Shown: in pieces, positions 48,604 to 58,800 of the stretch
Layout: each line of letters begins with the position of its first letter
Numbering within the stretch: the first letter of the stretch is position 1
Assembly: GCA_963676915.2 (NCBI GenBank)
Contig: CAXXVK010000001.1
Coordinates: forward strand, 66,328-130,327
Direction of reading: 5' to 3'
DNA: 64,000 bases
Origin: Myxococcota bacterium
GTDB taxonomy: Bacteria > Myxococcota_A > SURF-8 > G963663525
Program-made: the position numbers and the translations under genes
The notes under the pieces: model-generated
Told to the model about the DNA's origin: nothing
What the model saw: the letters and a program-made list of their open reading frames with translations, nothing else
The model's database searches: none

Positions 48604-50658
48604 ATGCATCCGAGAAGTTTGGGAATTCTTTTGTGCTTCTGTGTAGTTATCGCCTTTTTCGGATGCTCATCAGACCATGATTCATCGTTACCGGGAGATG
48701 AGGATTCTGAAACTCAGGAGTCTCAGGAATCTTCCGAACTAGCGGAAATCTTGATGAAAACCTACGATCTTCCGCAGCAGAGCGAACTCGAAACCACCGG
48801 AACGGCACAGGATTTTTCCTATCTTTTCGAAACAATTCCCGTCGATTCGCGCTATACGCACCTGCTCAATTTCTGGATGACGCCGATGATGCCGCCCTGG
48901 CGCGAAGCCCTCACGACGCCCGGGCCGCTGATCCTGTTTAGCGATACCTTCGAGTGTCTCGTAGTGTCGGCGCTCGACTATCCCTTTGCCGCAAGGGTTC
49001 GTTTCGAGGATGGCAAGATCCTTCTTGGTCTTTCCGGGGAAGTCGTTCAGGTGGATGGCGACGAGCCGCAGCGGTTCGTCATTGCCGAAGGGAAGGGGAT
49101 ACATGCCACGATGCTGGCCTGGGGGGAAGCGATGCGATCCCAAACCGGAAAAGTCGTACCGGATCGCTATGCCGATCCCGGTTTGAGCACCCTGGGTTAT
49201 TGGACCGACAACGGCGCATACTACTACTATGCCACCGAAGAAGGCATGAACGAGCAGGAAACATTGCTGGCGGTCCGCGACGAAGCGAACGAGCAGGAAA
49301 TTCCGTATGGTTACATGCAGTTGGATAGCTGGTGGTATTTCAAGGAAAATATGGATTCGCTTTCTCCCGGTGGCTTGACCCGCTGGGAGCCTCGCCCGGA
49401 GATGTTCCCGGAAGGTCTTGAAATCTTTCAACAAAAGCTTGGCTTGCCACTGATGTTCCACAACCGCTGGCTGGCGGAAACCAACGACTATCTGGACGAG
49501 TACGAGTTCCTCCAAGGTGAAGGGATGTTGTTGCCCGAAGGTCGTGATCTCTACGATCATTTCATGGAAAACGTGCTGCACTGGGGCGGGTTCACCTACG
49601 AGCAGGATTGGTTGGTGCGACAGTTCGAGAGCATGCCTCTCGTGCGGCAGAGTCTTGTGGCAGGACCGCAATGGATGGAGGCCATGGACGTGGCGGCAAG
49701 CGATGCCGGATTGACGATGCAACTGTGTATGGCGGCGGCTCCCCACGTTCTCGACAGCGTCAAACGCAGCAGTCCAAGCACGGTGCGGACCTCCATCGAT
49801 TACGCAGCGAACGTCTGCAAAGCCTGTTACTGGCCGCAGTTTCATACGGTCAACATGGTGGCCGAAGCGCTGGGATTGTGGCCGTTTAAAGACAATTTTC
49901 AATCATCCGAAGAGCGCGGCGAGGCTGAGGCGTTGATTTCCGTGCTTTCGGCTGGAATGGTGGGTGCAGGCGACGCCATCGGAGCAGCCCATCGAGACAT
50001 TTTGCTGAAAACCTGCCGGACCGACGGTCTGTTGCTCAAACCCGACAGCCCGGCTGTGCCGATCGACCCCATGTTTCTCGACCACAACCGTCCGTATACG
50101 ACGCTTACCTGGTCGAAGCGCGAGGATCTCGGTCACCGTTGGGGGTATCTTGCAGCCTATCATCTGTCCCGCAACCATCCCGAGCGCGACAGCCTCGACG
50201 AACTCCAGGAAAACTTGCAGTACGATGGCAAAGATATGGGAAACATGTTCGTCTGGCCGGATCTCGTCACGGACTGGTCGGTGGACCTGAAACGGGATCT
50301 GGGTGTGGAGGATGCGGTCGTCTGGTACGACTGGCGAGCCGAAACCGCGCAAGTTGTTGAAAATACGGCGCAATGGCAACCGGTCGAAGGGCTTGGGGAT
50401 TACGTTTTTGCGGTGATTTGTCCCATCTTCGAGAATGGGCTTTCGCTGATCGGCGAGCCGGAAAAGTTCGTGACATTGGCCGACCGGAGATTCCGGGAGA
50501 TCACGACGACCGAGGACGGTTTCGACATCGACCTGGAAGGTGCTCCCGGTGAAACGTTACGCCTGCGTGTCTTCGATACCCGGACAAATGCCCTGATTCC
50601 CGATACTTCCGTGATGATATCGGAGAACGGAACGGCGCAGGTTTCAATTCGGCGGTAA
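48604..50658 (+). CDS. Lipoprotein with putative glycoside hydrolase TIM-barrel (clan-D-like)
   Basis: Lipobox FFGC; LGYWTDNGAYYYY, YMQLDSWWY, MFPEGL, YEQDWL, RTSIDY, DGLLLKPD. Confidence 0.6.
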   Translation: MHPRSLGILLCFCVVIAFFGCSSDHDSSLPGDEDSETQESQESSELAEILMKTYDLPQQSELETTGTAQDFSYLFETIPVDSRYTHLLNFWMTPMMPPWREALTTPGPLILFSDTFECLVVSALDYPFAARVRFEDGKILLGLSGEVVQVDGDEPQRFVIAEGKGIHATMLAWGEAMRSQTGKVVPDRYADPGLSTLGYWTDNGAYYYYATEEGMNEQETLLAVRDEANEQEIPYGYMQLDSWWYFKENMDSLSPGGLTRWEPRPEMFPEGLEIFQQKLGLPLMFHNRWLAETNDYLDEYEFLQGEGMLLPEGRDLYDHFMENVLHWGGFTYEQDWLVRQFESMPLVRQSLVAGPQWMEAMDVAASDAGLTMQLCMAAAPHVLDSVKRSSPSTVRTSIDYAANVCKACYWPQFHTVNMVAEALGLWPFKDNFQSSEERGEAEALISVLSAGMVGAGDAIGAAHRDILLKTCRTDGLLLKPDSPAVPIDPMFLDHNRPYTTLTWSKREDLGHRWGYLAAYHLSRNHPERDSLDELQENLQYDGKDMGNMFVWPDLVTDWSVDLKRDLGVEDAVVWYDWRAETAQVVENTAQWQPVEGLGDYVFAVICPIFENGLSLIGEPEKFVTLADRRFREITTTEDGFDIDLEGAPGETLRLRVFDTRTNALIPDTSVMISENGTAQVSIRR

Positions 50659-50661
50659 GGG

Positions 50662-51711
50662 CTAACGGACTTTATCCGCCTTGCCCAGCATTCCGCATGC
50701 GGCGTGAATATCCTGCCCACGGGATTTTCTCAGCCATGCACCCACGCCGTTATCGACGAGAAACTTTTGAAATTGCAGGACATTTTCCTCTTCGGGAGAC
50801 AGAAAATCGGCCTTCGGGTGAGGATTGAAGCGAATCAGGTTGACTTTGGCACCCGTGCGCCGGGCGATAGACAGCAGACGTTTGGCGTCGGCCATCGTGT
50901 CGTTGATTCCACCAAGCATCACGTATTCCAGAAATACCCGTTTTCTCCGGGGTTTCGGGATTTTCTGCAATTGCTCGACGAGTTGGGCGATGTTCCACTT
51001 ACGGTTGATCGGCATGATCTTCGTTCGTTGCTCGTCGGTGGTGGCATTGAGCGAAACCGCCAGGCCGACCCGGCTGCGCTCGATCAGCTCGGGAATTTTC
51101 GGGGCGACGCCGCTGGTGCTGACCGTCACTTTGCGCGCTCCCAGTCCTAAGGCATTGGTATCCATCAGGATATCGCAGGCGTCCACCACGGCTTCGAGAT
51201 TGTACAGCGGCTCGCCCATGCCCATCATCACCACATTGTCGATCCGACCCCAAGGCTCGGCGGCGTATCGCGACGCTAACCGGTACTGACCGACGATCTC
51301 CGACACCGTGAGATTGCGCGAAAATCCCATTCCGGCGGTGTAGCAGAAACGGCAACCCACGGCACAACCGACTTGAGAAGAGATACAAAGGGTGTTGCGT
51401 TGCGACTCGGGAATCAGAACGCATTCGACGGCCTGCCCGTCTTGCAAAACGACTTGCAGTTTGGTGGTTCCATCCTTCGAACGCTGGATTTCACCGAGCG
51501 ACGGTTCTTGCAAGGTATTGTTTTCTTTCAAGGTTTGACGCAGCGTTTTGGGAAGATCGGTCATTTCGTCCACGTCGAGCACGTCTTTTTGCCAGATCCA
51601 TTTATACGCTTGACGGGCGTTGAACGGCTTGGCGCCGATCGAAACGAAATAGGCTTCCAGATCCGACAGGCGAAGGTCGAGCAGGTTTTCGGTGTTTCGA
51701 GCCATGTTCAT
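50662..51711 (-). CDS. rlmN: Dual-specificity RNA methyltransferase RlmN (radical SAM)
   Basis: CISSQVGCAVGCRFC, VMMGMGEP, VSTSG, VSLNA, EYVML, RKSRGQDIHAACG. Confidence 0.96.
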   Translation of the reverse strand: MNMARNTENLLDLRLSDLEAYFVSIGAKPFNARQAYKWIWQKDVLDVDEMTDLPKTLRQTLKENNTLQEPSLGEIQRSKDGTTKLQVVLQDGQAVECVLIPESQRNTLCISSQVGCAVGCRFCYTAGMGFSRNLTVSEIVGQYRLASRYAAEPWGRIDNVVMMGMGEPLYNLEAVVDACDILMDTNALGLGARKVTVSTSGVAPKIPELIERSRVGLAVSLNATTDEQRTKIMPINRKWNIAQLVEQLQKIPKPRRKRVFLEYVMLGGINDTMADAKRLLSIARRTGAKVNLIRFNPHPKADFLSPEEENVLQFQKFLVDNGVGAWLRKSRGQDIHAACGMLGKADKVR

Positions 51712-51905
51712 GTCCGCGTTCTCCGGGTGATGAAATTCATCTCCCGGAAAGAAGAAAAGCGTCAAATGCGGTCGAAAATGAAAATTTCCACCGCCTGGAA
51801 CGTCTATTACATAGTGTTTTTTCGTGAATCGTGCAAGATCGTGGAGTCTCGAACGGTTTCATGGTACAACGAGGAACGATTGAAATTGTCATGAAGGAGC
51901 CTACG

Positions 51906-53003
51906 ATGTCGTGGACTGGAAATCCGAAAACCTGGATGGCGTTTTTCATTTTGTGTCTGTTCTGGGCCTTTGGCTCGGCGTGCAGCGATTCCGGCGGTAC
52001 TTCCAACAACCTTCTCGAATGCACCAAGGACGCCGAATGCGGGCAGGCTTACCGCTGTAATGTGGAAGGCCAATGCGTGCCGAGGATTCCGGTGGGTGAC
52101 GAAGATGAAGATACCGTGGTGGACACCGACACGGACACCGATGCGGTTATCGATCAAGCGGACGACGACACGACCGAACCGGATTCCGATACGGCAGACC
52201 AGACCGTCGATCAGGACCAAGACACCTTGGATTGCCAATACACCTCGCATTTTTCCTGCCGTGGGAACACGGTGGATCACGACGTGCTTTTCTGTCATAC
52301 CGATGCCGCGAAAGAAGGCCAGCTCTGGTCCTGCAAAATGATCTGCGATACCAACCCGGACTGCGGGTGCATCATCGACGAAAGCTATATCAAAACCTGT
52401 GACAATGGTTGCGAAGCCAACGCCGATCCGGAACAGAACGACTACTGTGTCGGTGAAATGCCGGATGGCGACGAAGAAGACGACTCGTTGGATACGGATA
52501 ACGACGGGGAAGAAATCGAATATCTCAACGCCCACATAGGTGAACCCTGCGCAACCGATCTGGATTGCCTCAACGGGTATTGCAACAAGGACTGGGACGG
52601 TCACGGCAAGTACTGCGTTGCCGATCCGCATGACTGTCCGTTCCACGTCGGCGACGAATTCACCGCCGAAACCTTGGCCGAATCCTACGGTCACAGCTAC
52701 GTCAAATGCTACGACAACGGATGGCGGCGTTGTATGAGCGGCACGTGGAATACTTCCCTTGTGGAATGCCGGAACATTTCGTTGTGCACGGACGGCTTTT
52801 ACTCGCCTGCCCAGACCTGTGTCAGTGGCGACCTTTCCGGGACAAATCGCTGTCAACCGGACGAAAGCAACCAGCCCTGTCCAGGAAATCTGATCTGTCA
52901 CGATAGCCTGTACTGCAAAAGTTCCTGCGACTCCAACGCCGACTGTGCGGCGGGCTACATCTGCCCCTCGGAAGGTTCGAATCACTGCGACCCGGAGGAA
53001 TGA
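51906..53003 (+). CDS. Cys-rich acidic lipoprotein
   Basis: RBS AAGGAG; GSAC-SDSGG; Asp-rich linkers; CxxDxDC repeats. Confidence 0.75.
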   Translation: MSWTGNPKTWMAFFILCLFWAFGSACSDSGGTSNNLLECTKDAECGQAYRCNVEGQCVPRIPVGDEDEDTVVDTDTDTDAVIDQADDDTTEPDSDTADQTVDQDQDTLDCQYTSHFSCRGNTVDHDVLFCHTDAAKEGQLWSCKMICDTNPDCGCIIDESYIKTCDNGCEANADPEQNDYCVGEMPDGDEEDDSLDTDNDGEEIEYLNAHIGEPCATDLDCLNGYCNKDWDGHGKYCVADPHDCPFHVGDEFTAETLAESYGHSYVKCYDNGWRRCMSGTWNTSLVECRNISLCTDGFYSPAQTCVSGDLSGTNRCQPDESNQPCPGNLICHDSLYCKSSCDSNADCAAGYICPSEGSNHCDPEE

Positions 53004-53118
53004 TACGGACGAGGGTCTTTTCGGTGTGCACGAAAAGACCTGTAATTTCATTGGGTTAGAATCTTTGTAGGTTTGGGAGGTCGGGTGATTTCTCAATCGA
53101 CAGGAGCTATTCCTCCAC

Positions 53119-53316
53119 TCATAATCCAATAATTGTTAAAATAATTGGTAAAAAGTATCGTGGCCAGCGTTTGAGTAAATACATTAACTCATAAACTCCT
53201 GGATACATTAACGAAAACTCTTCATCGTCTCCATCAAAATGAAGTTGGAAACCTATCCAGATGGTAGAAAGAATTATAATGCCAATACCAATCACAAAAT
53301 GTGTTGTGCTAGCCAT
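53119..53316 (-). CDS. Small AT-rich membrane protein or gene remnant
   Basis: 65 aa, two hydrophobic stretches, AT-rich DNA between REP elements. Confidence 0.3.
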   Translation of the reverse strand: MASTTHFVIGIGIIILSTIWIGFQLHFDGDDEEFSLMYPGVYELMYLLKRWPRYFLPIILTIIGL

Positions 53317-53333
53317 CCATTGCCTAAAGATTG

Positions 53334-53396
53334 GTAGGTCGGGTGATCTCACCCGACATTATCCAAAGTGTCGGGCAAGAAATTTGCCCGACCTAC
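53334..53396. repeat. BIME-like family A/B REP pair
   Basis: GTAGGTCGGGTGATCTCACCCGACA-ttatccaaag-TGTCGGGCAAGAAATTTGCCCGACCTAC. Confidence 0.8.
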
Positions 53397-53430
53397 GAAA
53401 AGAATCGCCAAAACCAACCCTGAAGGAGGA

Positions 53431-55191
53431 TCAATCCTCTTCCTTGATGGCAGCGTCATAAGCTTCAATCAACGCGCTGTAGCTGACGGTTCCGGCCAGT
53501 TCTCCTTCATCGGAACGTACGGCCAATTCGAGAAATCCGCTTTCCATAAACGCCACCAATGCGGCGTGCAAGTCATCGTTTTCATGAAGAAAAACGCCCT
53601 CGGAAAGCAAATCGCTGGCACGTAACAACGTGCGCAGGTCATCGTGGAGGAACGCGGTTTTCACCTTGTTGGCGCTGATGAATCCGAACAGTTTTCCTTC
53701 GTCGCTGCATACCTGCACCAGATCGCCGTCGGTTCGGGCGAACGCCTCCTGAATCAGGGTCCATTCCGCACCGGGAGAAACCGTAGGAATATCAGCCGTT
53801 TGCATCACATCCTGGACGTGAACTTCTTCGAGTACGTCCACTCGCAAATCGGCTTTGTGGGCGGGTGACTGGAAACGGTCCTTGACCTGTTTTTCGTAAA
53901 TCGACCAGCGCCGAGTGAAAATCAAGGCGATGACCGACACCAGCAGCAACGGAGCGATCAGGCCGTAACCGTCGGTCATTTCGAGGGTCATCAGCAGCGC
54001 TCCGATAGGCGCGTTGGCCACACCGGCGAAATAGCTGGCCATGCCCACCAGCACGAAACTTCCGGGATGGACAAACACTTGCGGCCAGATCGCATGTCCG
54101 CCGAAGCCGACCACGCCGCCGATCATTCCGCCGATGAACAGCGTCGGACCGAACACACCGCCCGAACCACCCGAGGAAATGGTGAATGAGGTGGACAGGA
54201 TCTTCAACAGCACCATGGCCGCCATGAAACGAATGCCGAGATTGCCGTCAAGCGCATCCTGAATCAAACCCCAGCCGCCACCATAGACTTCCGGGATGAT
54301 AAGACCCAACAGGCCCACGCCCAGACCACCCAGCACCGGCTTCATGAATTTCGGAATCGGCAGCGGACGGAAAACGTAATCCCGCATTCCGTAAAAGGTT
54401 TTCGTATACACCGCACCCAACGGAACACATACGAGGGCTAGAATCAGATAACCTATTAGTTCCAAGGGGTTGGTGAAGGTAAAATCGGGAACGTTGAAAA
54501 TCGTGGCGTATCCGTACACCGAACAAAACAGCGTGTAGGCCACGACCGACGAAATAATCGAGGGGATCATCGCCTCGGTTTCGAAATCCTCGGAGTACAG
54601 CACTTCGATGGCCGTAATCGCGCCGCCCAACGGCGAGCGGAAAATCGCACCCAGACCACCCGCCGTTCCGGCCAGCAGCATGATCCGTCGTTCTCGGACG
54701 GACAACCCCAGCTTTCGTGAAATCCACGAGCCGAAACCCGCACCGATCTGGGCGATCGGTCCTTCCCGTCCCGCGCTGCCGCCCGAGGCGATGGTCACGA
54801 TGGTAGCCAGTCCCTTGACGAAAGGGATACGGGTGCGGATCTGTCCGTCTTTATTGTGGAAAGCGTCGATCATCGCATCCGTGCCGTGGCCTTCGGCTTC
54901 CGGTGCGAAAGTGTAGACCAGCCACCCGGCGATCAAGCCACCGATAGCCGGTAGGAAAAAATACAGCCACGGATTGAATGCGGTTTCGTGGGCGGTCTCG
55001 AACATGCGTTCGCCCGGCGGAGCTTTCATGGTCATGCCCGCCCAGGCATTCATCGTCATATGCGTGGTCCATTCGAGTCCGTAAAAGAACAGGATCGCGC
55101 CCAGGCCGGAAACCAGCCCGACGAGGATGGCGATCATCATCAGACGAATGGTGTTGTTGGTTCGAAACAGATGTTTGAGTGTTTTGGTCAT
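53431..55191 (-). CDS. ClC-family chloride channel/antiporter with CBS domains
   Basis: AEGHGTD, GSAGREGP, GSGGVFGPTLF; C-terminal CBS pair; likely start MTKTLK. Confidence 0.92.
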   Translation of the reverse strand: MTKTLKHLFRTNNTIRLMMIAILVGLVSGLGAILFFYGLEWTTHMTMNAWAGMTMKAPPGERMFETAHETAFNPWLYFFLPAIGGLIAGWLVYTFAPEAEGHGTDAMIDAFHNKDGQIRTRIPFVKGLATIVTIASGGSAGREGPIAQIGAGFGSWISRKLGLSVRERRIMLLAGTAGGLGAIFRSPLGGAITAIEVLYSEDFETEAMIPSIISSVVAYTLFCSVYGYATIFNVPDFTFTNPLELIGYLILALVCVPLGAVYTKTFYGMRDYVFRPLPIPKFMKPVLGGLGVGLLGLIIPEVYGGGWGLIQDALDGNLGIRFMAAMVLLKILSTSFTISSGGSGGVFGPTLFIGGMIGGVVGFGGHAIWPQVFVHPGSFVLVGMASYFAGVANAPIGALLMTLEMTDGYGLIAPLLLVSVIALIFTRRWSIYEKQVKDRFQSPAHKADLRVDVLEEVHVQDVMQTADIPTVSPGAEWTLIQEAFARTDGDLVQVCSDEGKLFGFISANKVKTAFLHDDLRTLLRASDLLSEGVFLHENDDLHAALVAFMESGFLELAVRSDEGELAGTVSYSALIEAYDAAIKEED

Positions 55192-55865
55192 AATCGGACC
55201 TCTTCCGGCGGTCAAAAAGCCGTCCCGGATAGATTTTCCCCCATTTTCGGTATGTCCCCGATTCCACCCCCCTTTTCGGGCGCAACCTACACGTTTTGGC
55301 CGAAGGATGCAAATCTTCACGGTTTTTCAGTAAAAAACACGGAAAAAATCTCCAATTTACAAGGGATACAAGACGGAAAAAAATTCGGACCTGGCAACAT
55401 GTAGCCGCTTTTGACGGTGCCAAAAGGTTTTTAATCGCGCTTTTTTGTAAAAAGTATGAATGAGATGGAATACAATGCATTCTAACTTATTGACATTGGA
55501 GGATTTTTCGGCTTTTTTAAACGATGGTCGAACCGACGAAAAAAAAGTGCCGTCGTTGGTCTGTGATTTGCTTGCAAAGAGATTGGAGAATACCAGGCTC
55601 TTTGGGCGGAAAACGTGCCGAGGTATGGAGAAGATTGAGAAAGTTCTCACGGGGGGAAGAATCACCAAAGGATCTTGCTTCGACTCCAGCCGGATAAGAT
55701 GCCGATTTATAAAGGAAATAAGGATCGGCTTTTTATGGGAATTTGCCGCCGAACAAGGGTTTGGAAACACAAATGAATATGGACTGGATGACTCGTTCAA
55801 TGTCGAATTTCGGGTTCGAACGTTGAAGGAGTCGTCTTGTGTTTTTTCGGGAGAGAGGTTGAAAG

Positions 55866-58800
55866 ATGTGTAGACTCCGTACGCTGTCTATCGTGGTTTT
55901 GCTGATGTCGGCGGTTTTTCTGGCGTCCTGTGACTGGGCCGGGGATTGGTCTCCTTTTGCAGAACAGCCGGTGCCGGTCGCAAAGTTGTCTACTTCGGTA
56001 AACCTTCCTCCCACCCTGGGAGAAACCCAGGCGGAGTGCGACGCGCTTTGTGACAAACTGGTCATCTGCGACGGACTGGACGCCACAGAGTTGGCCGAAT
56101 GCAAGGCGGGGTGTCCCTCGGCTATGTATTCCACCGAGGAATGGGACTGCATGTTGCTGGTCGTCGACCAGGATTGCACGGTGATTTTGGAGTGTATGCC
56201 CAACGAAGACGAAGACGGCGATATCGAAGACGAGGTCGAGGAAGAAACCGAGCCGGAAATCGAATATCCCTACGGGTGCTCGGCGCCTTCGACGGACTTT
56301 ATCGAAATCACCGCCGGTTCGTTCACGATGGGTAGCCCGAACACCTCTCCCGAAAGCCTCCATCGCGACGAAGACGAAACCCAGCATACGGTTACGTTGA
56401 CTTACGATTACGAAATCCAGGGAACGGAAGTCACGCAATCCCAGTTCTCGACGGTCATGGGATACAACCCGAGCCAGTTGAACACCACATGCAGCGATTG
56501 TCCGGTCGATACGGTAAGTTGGCACGAAGCGGCCAAATACTGCAACCAGCTTTCGGCAAACCAGGGTTTGGCCGAGTGCTTCACCTGCTCGGGCACCCAG
56601 CCGGATTTCACCTGTTCGCTGTCTGCTACCTATGACAAACCTCAGGATTGCCCCGGTTACCGGATTCCAACCGAAGCGGAATGGGAGTTCGCCGTTCGTG
56701 CGGGTTCCACCACCGCCTTTTACAACGGCGATTGCGGAACGGCTACCGGAAATGTCGAGGATACCAACCTGATGGCGATTGGCTGGTATGTGTACAACAG
56801 CCAGACCACCACCCACGCCTATGGCGGAAAAGATCCCAATCCCTGGTGTCTTTGGGATGCCAGCGGCAACATCAGCGAATGGGTATGGGATTATTACGAC
56901 CTTTTCAGCGCTGTTCCAGCGACCGACCCCACCGGACCCACTACGGGAAGCTCTCGCGTGTATCGTGGTGGAGCGTACTGGAATGGTGTCGAAGGTTGTC
57001 GTTCGGCGGCGCGGGAAAATTATGACCCCGCCTTGCGTGCAACGCATATCGGTTTCCGACCGGTTCGTAGTCTTATTACAGTGGCGGATGGTGACGAAGA
57101 TACCGAAGACGATGTTGCCGAAGCAGAGGAAGAGGGCATTTCCGTGGAAATGCAGGAATGCCTGGACGCATGTCAAAAAATATACGATTGCGGGTTTTTC
57201 ACTGAAATCCAGTATGTGCAATGCAAGGATTCCTGTCCCAATCCTTCGGTCGACCAGGAAGACTACGACTGTCTGGTGTCCAAGCTGGACGCCAGTTGTG
57301 CGGAAGTGGCAACGTGTTTTTCCGGTGGCGGCGATGAAGACGACGACGCAACGGAAGACACGGATGGCCAGCATGAAGATTGCATAGGGCAACCGGATGG
57401 TACGGAATGCGACGACGAAAACGTTTGTACGACCACCAGCGTTTGCGTAAGCGGGATGTGCATAGGGCAGGATATGGTCATCTGCGATGATGGAGACCCC
57501 TGTACCCAGGACACTTGCGATCAGGTCTTGGGTTGCCAGACCAACACAGCGGGTGCCAACGGAAATACCTGTACGCCGGACGACCCCTGTCAGCTCGAAG
57601 GCACGTGCAGCAACGGAACCTGTTATGCAACCATAACCCAGCCGGAAGGAACGCCGTGCAGCGATGGTCCCTGCACCGAAGGTACCTGTAACAGTTCGGG
57701 AACCTGCGATCTTACCGACCGCGATGGCGAAACCTGTAGCGACAGCAATCCTTGCACGACGAATACAATCTGCAACGGATCTGTTTGTGAAGGCGATGCG
57801 TTGGCGGAAGGAACGGCCTGTGACGACGGTAACACCTGTCATACGGGCATGACCTGCAACGCTTCAGCGGAATGTACGGGAGGGTCCGTGCTGGCCGATG
57901 GAACGACCTGTGGCGAAGGAGATGCCTGCAACTTGTATCAATGCGATTCCGGCAATTGCGTGATGAACACGCTGGACGACGATACTCCTTGCGACGATGG
58001 CAACGAATGCAACACTGGGGACCGATGTCTCAGTGGAATGTGTACTCCGGTTTCCGACCTGGCCGACGGCTCCGATTGCGACGACGGCAACGAATGCACG
58101 GAAGGGAACCAATGCCAATCGGGTTGGTGCTCGGCGGGAACCAACGTGGCATCGGGTACGCCTTGCGACGATGGCGATCTCTGTTCGGCTACTTCCGAGT
58201 GCAACGAATCCGGGCAATGCGTGGCGGCGACGGCGGTTGTCTGCGAAAGTGAAAACGAGTGTTTGTATGCCCATTGCGATTCTTCCGTCGGTTGCGTTTT
58301 CGATCCGGTAGTGGACGGCACCGTTTGCGACGACGAAAACATATGTACGGAATACGAATCCTGTCAATCCGGTGTTTGCACGGATGGAACACCACAGGTG
58401 GGACTTAACTGTGAGGATGGCAACGAGTGCACCACCGATGACCAATGTTCGTCGGCAGGAGTGTGCGAAGGAACGCTACAACCCGAAGGGACCGAATGCG
58501 GCGGTTCCGGTTTGTGTCTCATACCGGGTCAATGCAGTGCTGCCGGTGAATGCGTAGGGGAGCAGAACGTCACCAACGGCGAGTCCTGCCATGACGGAAA
58601 TTCCTGCACCGACCCAGGCCAATGTCAGGAAGGTGTATGCGAGAACGTTCAAAACAAAACCAACGGCACGGTCTGTGCGTCGAGCAGCAATACTTGTGAA
58701 GCGGGTTATTGCACGGACGGCGTATGCGGCGAACTCGAAGCTTTGCCGGATGGAACCGGTTGCAACGCCGACGCCAATGGCTGCACGGTGGGTGACTCCT

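Noticed and set aside
55192-55450. Fluoride riboswitch / CLC-F
   Set aside because: No GGCGAUGG...GCUAAUGAC-like core upstream, and the protein has GHGTD/GREGP rather than the fluoride-type signature
55797-57842. Long antisense or alternative-frame ORFs (also 4475-6589, 14579-17203, 51807-53129, 61639-62802)
   Set aside because: Shadows of real genes with strong codon bias; no recognisable motifs
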